A stretch of 32,000 bases of DNA from Delftia acidovorans NBRC 14950. GTDB lineage: Bacteria; Pseudomonadota; Gammaproteobacteria; Burkholderiales; Burkholderiaceae_C. Every line of letters starts with the position of its first letter. Within the stretch, counting starts at the first letter, position 1. Shown here one piece after another: positions 30,360-32,000 of this stretch. Below the pieces are notes generated by a model. The model was not told the origin of the DNA. It saw only the letters and a list, made by a program, of their open reading frames with translations, and searched no databases. The position numbers were made by a program, and so were the translations under genes. The DNA is taken from NCBI RefSeq assembly GCF_001598795.1, contig NZ_BCZP01000005.1, positions 240,001 to 272,000 of the forward strand. The letters are read 5' to 3'.

Positions 30360-32000
30360 ATGCAACCGACCATCCGCCAATCGCTTTCCCGCACCGGTGC
30401 CCGCTGGGCGCTGGGTTCGCTGCTGGGCCTGGGCGCCCTGTTCGCGCAGACGGCCTCGGCCTCGGCGCTGGGTGACGCCATACGCCAGCTGGGCGCCAGC
30501 GACGGGCTGCAGCGCAGCGTCACGCTCAAGGAGCTGGGCATCGTCGATCCCGTGGTGCTGGCCGGCACGGCCACCCAGGACTTCTACCTGCCCGTGCCGC
30601 GCGGCCTGCCGCTGGGCGATGCCAGCATTGCCTTCGACAGCCGCTACCTCAAGGGCGAGCCCGGCGTCTCGACCGTGGTGATCTCGCTCAACGGCACGCC
30701 CGCCGTGTCGCAGACCGTGCCCGATGGTGACGGCATGCTGCAGCGCACGCTGCCCGTCGCCCAGCAGGCCCGCGCCAGCGATTTCGTGCGGCTGGGCGTG
30801 AACTGGCGCAGCCGCAACGGCCAGGTGCGATGCGATGACAACCATTCCCTGGCCAACTCCCTGACCATCTCGCCGCAGACACGGCTGAGCTACCGCGTGG
30901 ACCCGCGCGATGTGCGCAGCATCGAAGATGTCTGGAACACCCTGCCCGTGCGCACCACCGTGCTGGTGGCGGGCAGGCAGCTGGAGCAGGCCTCGTTCGA
31001 CAGTGCCTGGCGCATTGGCGCCAGCCTGCAGCGCAACAACAGGCGCATGACGGTGAACGCATTGCCCGCCGTGGGGGAGACGCTCGACCTGCGAGGCCTG
31101 GAGGTTCCCGCCGCCCTGGCCGGCGTGCCCGCCTTTGCCGCACTGCGCGGCGCCGAGCCCCAGCACAAGCTGGCCAGTGACGCCGAACTGGGCGCGCTGC
31201 TCATGCTGGGGGCCGCCCAGGTCAGCGGAGACATCGTGGTGGCCGACAAGGCACTGCAGCAGCGCCTGACCGCCGCCTTCGCGGCCCTGCAGGCCCAGCT
31301 GGCGGCCGACCCCGATGCGGGACAGGCCCTGCAGCAATGGCGCGCCCGGCGCGCACCGCTGGCCAACGAGGCGCTGGCCTCGCAGCAGTTGCGCGCCCTG
31401 CCCATGGGCCGCCAGATGGTGCTGGCCGTGGCCGCCGACGCGGGTGCGCGCGTGGCCGGCCTGCAAGAGGCCGCCCTGCAGCGCCTGCTGGTCAGCGACA
31501 ACGTGACCGTGGCCGCGGCCCAGCCCCCGCAATGGGACGAGGCCAAGGGCATACGCCTGTCCAGCCTGGGCGGCAGTCCCGACAGCTTCGACGTGCTGTC
31601 GCGCGGCGACTGGACGATGAACTTCCCGCTGAGCGCCGTGGCCTCGCAGGGCCAGATGCCGGGCGAGATCACGCTGTACGTGGCCGCCGCCCCCGGCGCC
31701 TCGGCCACGCGCCCCGTGGCCACGCTGTTCTGGAACGGCATGCTGCTGTCGGCCCGCCAGCTGGAGGCCAACGGCCAGCCCGAACGCCTGCGCGCCCGTG
31801 TGCCCGGCTATGCGCTGGGCATCAACAACACCTTGCGGGTGTCCGTGCAGCGCCAGCCCTACTCGGCCGACTGCAACGAGATTCCCCAGCCCTACCCCGC
31901 CAGCGTGCTGCCGGCCATCAGCTACGTGACGCCCGGCAAGGCCGAGGCCAACGGCAGCTTCATCGGCCTGCTGCCGCTGCTGGGCGCCAAGTCGCAGTTC
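30360..32000 (+). CDS. BcsB-like (cellulose-synthase regulatory subunit family) periplasmic protein, 5' part; continues beyond the window
   Basis: ATG 30360 is preceded by AAGAGG (30349-30354). The frame stays open for 547 codons to the window end, so it is missing from the track. The signal peptide is ALGSLLGLGALFAQTASASA. The pattern FYLPVPRGLPLGDASIAFDSRYLKGEPGVSTVVISLNGTPAV...VRCDDNHSLANSLTISPQTRLSYRV is collinear with E. coli BcsB (...LNLEYTPSPSLLPVQSQLKVYLND...DVCENPASTTLWLDVGRSSGLDLTY). A second similar repeat appears at WTMNFPLS...LFWNGMLL. Confidence 0.7.
   Translation, partial: MQPTIRQSLSRTGARWALGSLLGLGALFAQTASASALGDAIRQLGASDGLQRSVTLKELGIVDPVVLAGTATQDFYLPVPRGLPLGDASIAFDSRYLKGEPGVSTVVISLNGTPAVSQTVPDGDGMLQRTLPVAQQARASDFVRLGVNWRSRNGQVRCDDNHSLANSLTISPQTRLSYRVDPRDVRSIEDVWNTLPVRTTVLVAGRQLEQASFDSAWRIGASLQRNNRRMTVNALPAVGETLDLRGLEVPAALAGVPAFAALRGAEPQHKLASDAELGALLMLGAAQVSGDIVVADKALQQRLTAAFAALQAQLAADPDAGQALQQWRARRAPLANEALASQQLRALPMGRQMVLAVAADAGARVAGLQEAALQRLLVSDNVTVAAAQPPQWDEAKGIRLSSLGGSPDSFDVLSRGDWTMNFPLSAVASQGQMPGEITLYVAAAPGASATRPVATLFWNGMLLSARQLEANGQPERLRARVPGYALGINNTLRVSVQRQPYSADCNEIPQPYPASVLPAISYVTPGKAEANGSFIGLLPLLGAKSQF

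Noticed and set aside
28869-31532. 887-aa minus-strand ORF opposite wecB and the BcsB-like gene
   Set aside because: It is antisense to canonical WecB motifs and spans two genes plus their intergenic gap. Its composition is Gly/Ala/Arg/His-rich. It is a shadow ORF.

Overview
High-GC chromosomal DNA (roughly two-thirds G+C by eye). The gene content looks betaproteobacterial, of the Burkholderiales/Comamonadaceae type: an orphan Bug/TctC binding protein and Ala-Lys-Pro-rich protein tails. The taxon is inference only. All domain calls come from recognising motifs by eye; no database search was run.

I call about 28 protein genes, two sequence-identical tRNA-Ser(GGA) genes in direct orientation 21 kb apart (7295-7384 and 28368-28457), several rho-independent terminators and a few regulatory sites.

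Gene order, left to right:
- CoA-transferase 3' end
- Bug/TctC binding protein
- large PLP Orn/Lys/Arg decarboxylase with a histone-H1-like AKP tail
- NfeD plus SPFH pair
- tautomerase divergent from a GcvA-like LysR regulator
- tRNA-Ser copy 1
- sigma-54-dependent operon (class B flavin monooxygenase plus 2,3-butanediol dehydrogenase) divergent from an AcoR-type activator
- membrane GGDEF cyclase convergent with a PAS hybrid histidine kinase, then DUF2789
- small secreted Lys-rich protein
- Fur-box-controlled FecI/FecR/TonB-transducer unit
- LysR divergent from an MFS transporter
- an unassigned three-gene minus-strand module
- about 0.6 kb of A+T-rich non-coding DNA
- tRNA-Ser copy 2
- wecB and a BcsB-like gene that runs off the right edge

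The most unusual part is 23.6-28.4 kb. The three-gene module encodes a signal-peptide protein, a signal-less PG-binding/M15 (LAS) peptidase, and a MidA/NDUFAF7-like SAM methyltransferase fused to TPR repeats. The A+T-rich DNA in front of it contains nested inverted repeats. I cannot assign this module to any described system. I flag it as a candidate novel envelope-targeting toxin/immunity or defence-type module.

Many long ORFs in the supplied track are antisense shadows typical of high-GC DNA and were rejected.
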